From assembly GCA_963514005.1 (NCBI GenBank), contig OY740797.1, forward strand, positions 20,274,001 through 20,338,000: a stretch of 64,000 bases of DNA, in the 5' to 3' direction. The position numbers were made by a program, and so were the translations under genes. Origin of the DNA: Raja brachyura (lineage: Eukaryota). The notes below the pieces were generated by a model. That model was not told where the DNA came from. It ran no database searches and saw only the letters and a program-made list of their open reading frames with translations. Every line of letters begins with the position of its first letter. Within the stretch, counting starts at the first letter, position 1. This document shows, piece by piece, positions 62,295 to 64,000 of the stretch.

Positions 62295-63745
62295 CAGGCA
62301 CGTGCCGTCAGGGTAGGCAAGGTAGGCACTGCATACCCTGACTAAAATTATAACATAGTAATAATTAAATATAAATAATAAAGACATGGGAGAATTATGC
62401 CCATGTAAGAGATCGATCTCTTAAGTAGGCATAATTCTCTGTGCCTTTCATCCGCAGCGCTTGTAACACGAGAAGCTCTGTGCAGCCCACGTGCCGTCAG
62501 CGCTGCCTGAAGCCATCACTTTCAAGCAGGGTTGAAGGCAGCAGAAATTCTGCCTTTGCAACACTGCGCATGCGTATCGGTCTACTGCGCATGCGCAGCG
62601 CAAGTTTCTTGGCAGTGTTTTCAAATATGTTTTGTCAATATTTTAAGTGTATGTTAGGTAACAAAAAGAGAAGAATGGAGTTTGTGTACCAATAATGTGG
62701 TAAGTACATTTTGTGTTTATGTTTTTAAATACTCTATTTCCCGGGGTGTGGGGGTGGGGGGAGAGCTCCTTTCACAGCGTTTGGGGAGTCTGGTAAAGTT
62801 GCGGGGAGGGCACTAATGTTGTGAATGAGGGGATTGGGATAATGCCACTTGCGACGCTCCTTGCACGGAGGCGTGCAATACCACCGCATTGAGGCGGGGG
62901 GGGCGGGGGGTTGGAGAGAAGTAGTTCGGGTGGCTGAGCGGCCGCCGGGCTGGACAGCGGAACCAGCCGCCACCTTAGCTCCTTCTGCCGGTCCCCGCTC
63001 ACCTCTGGCAGCTCTCGGTCTGCAAACCTCTCTCCTGCCACTCACTGGCCTCACTCATGTCCTTAAATTCCGACAACGCGATTGAGGTTACTCGGCTGTG
63101 GGAATTTAAGGATTTGCAGGAAGCCGCTGACATGAGCGAAGTCGGCGAGCGGCAGGTGACAGGTGACAGGTGTTCCGACGGAGAGCACTGCCAAAGGTGA
63201 GCGGGCCGGCAGAAGGCGCTGAAGTGGCGGCCAGTTCTGCTGTCGGATTCCGGTGGCCGCTCGCAGCTCCCGAGCTGCTTCTATCCCCAGCTACAGTGCG
63301 TGGCTTCGCGCCCGGAGAGCTGCGGTAGCGGTGAGTGAGTGAGTTACTGGCAGTATCCCTGACCCCCTCCTTCTCAACACTCGTGCCCTCCCCACAACAT
63401 TACCCCAGGCACAGACTCTGCACATGCTGTGAAAGGAACTGCTCCCCCAATTGGTCCCTTGAACAAGTGTTGTCATTCAAAAAGATGACAACTGATTCAA
63501 CTATTCTCTGTGCTCCCGTTTTTCCCACCATCGCTCCATCTGCCATCACCCTTCACCCCCCCCCCCCCCCCCCCCCCCCCACCACATTCAGTAATTCACT
63601 ATAAAGGAGACTTGGGCAAATTGAATTGACACTGTTTTTATTTTTTAAATTTTTTAACGGAGAGAACAATCTGCGCATGTGCGGTTTAATTTTTTTTAAG
63701 CCGACTGAGTGCCTACCCTGGGTAATTACTCACGGCACGTGCCTG
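62295..63745. mobile_element. hAT-superfamily non-autonomous DNA transposon, both ends intact
   Basis: Perfect 14-bp TIR CAGGCACGTGCCGT; perfect 8-bp TSD ACATGTAT at 62287-62294 and 63746-63753; no transposase ORF. Confidence 0.92.
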
Positions 63746-64000
63746 ACATGTATCCATGCAAATTCCAATTATCATGACTGTTGGGGCTTTCAGAATATGT
63801 GTATTGAAGAGACTAATTCTGAAACTTCAACCCGTCATCGTGTGCTGAGTCATTGTTGTAGTTAAAATATATTTATATACATTTAACTATAAACAATGAC
63901 TCGGCATATCCCAACTCCACCTTTACAATCTAGCCAGAAAAACAACCCTGGTTGAATGCATGCTGGGAGCAAAACTGGAACATGGGACAACATGCATCAG

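Noticed and set aside
62734-63604. GC-rich ORFs as a divergent gene or transposase
   Set aside because: Low-complexity frames on both strands, no hAT transposase motifs, all inside TIR/TSD boundaries
1-64000. CRISPR arrays, operons or prokaryotic defence systems
   Set aside because: Spliceosomal introns and vertebrate LINE/SINE content show eukaryotic DNA; no regularly spaced repeat-spacer array was seen

Overview
Eukaryotic, repeat-dense vertebrate DNA, most likely from a cartilaginous fish (skate/ray-like, inferred from the HE1/V-SINE, CR1, Rex1 and Penelope repertoire). I could rebuild two host genes by hand, both on the minus strand. (1) A complete 6-exon rho-class glutathione S-transferase (CDS 61543->50156, 681 nt, 226 aa, all GT-AG junctions in phase), with a TATA box, an ARE-core match and a GC box upstream. 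(2) The 5' part of a non-rearranging 'VJ-type' Ig-superfamily receptor (leader exon 2981-2927 plus V exon 2779-2459, NKp30/NCR3-like); its downstream exons were not found and probably lie left of the window. Most of the rest is nested transposons: several CR1 families (one with an ORF2 broken only by two stops), L1, Tx1, Rex1, an invertebrate-type CR1-group LINE, a Hero-like RLE element, Vingi, Penelope, a DIRS shell with intact ITR/ICR, hAT and Tc1 non-autonomous elements, and SINEs. There is one 129-nt assembly gap. The most interesting unannotated structures are short palindromic Penelope-derived elements carrying head-to-head minimal hammerhead-ribozyme cores (one family member has a 16-bp TSD), a DIRS shell whose interior is replaced by CR1, a hAT element with a CpG-rich, inverted-repeat-bracketed interior just upstream of the GST promoter, and locally templated insertions. 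Nothing here demonstrates a wholly new system; these are testable leads. Most ORFs in the track are TE remnants or antisense shadows of them.
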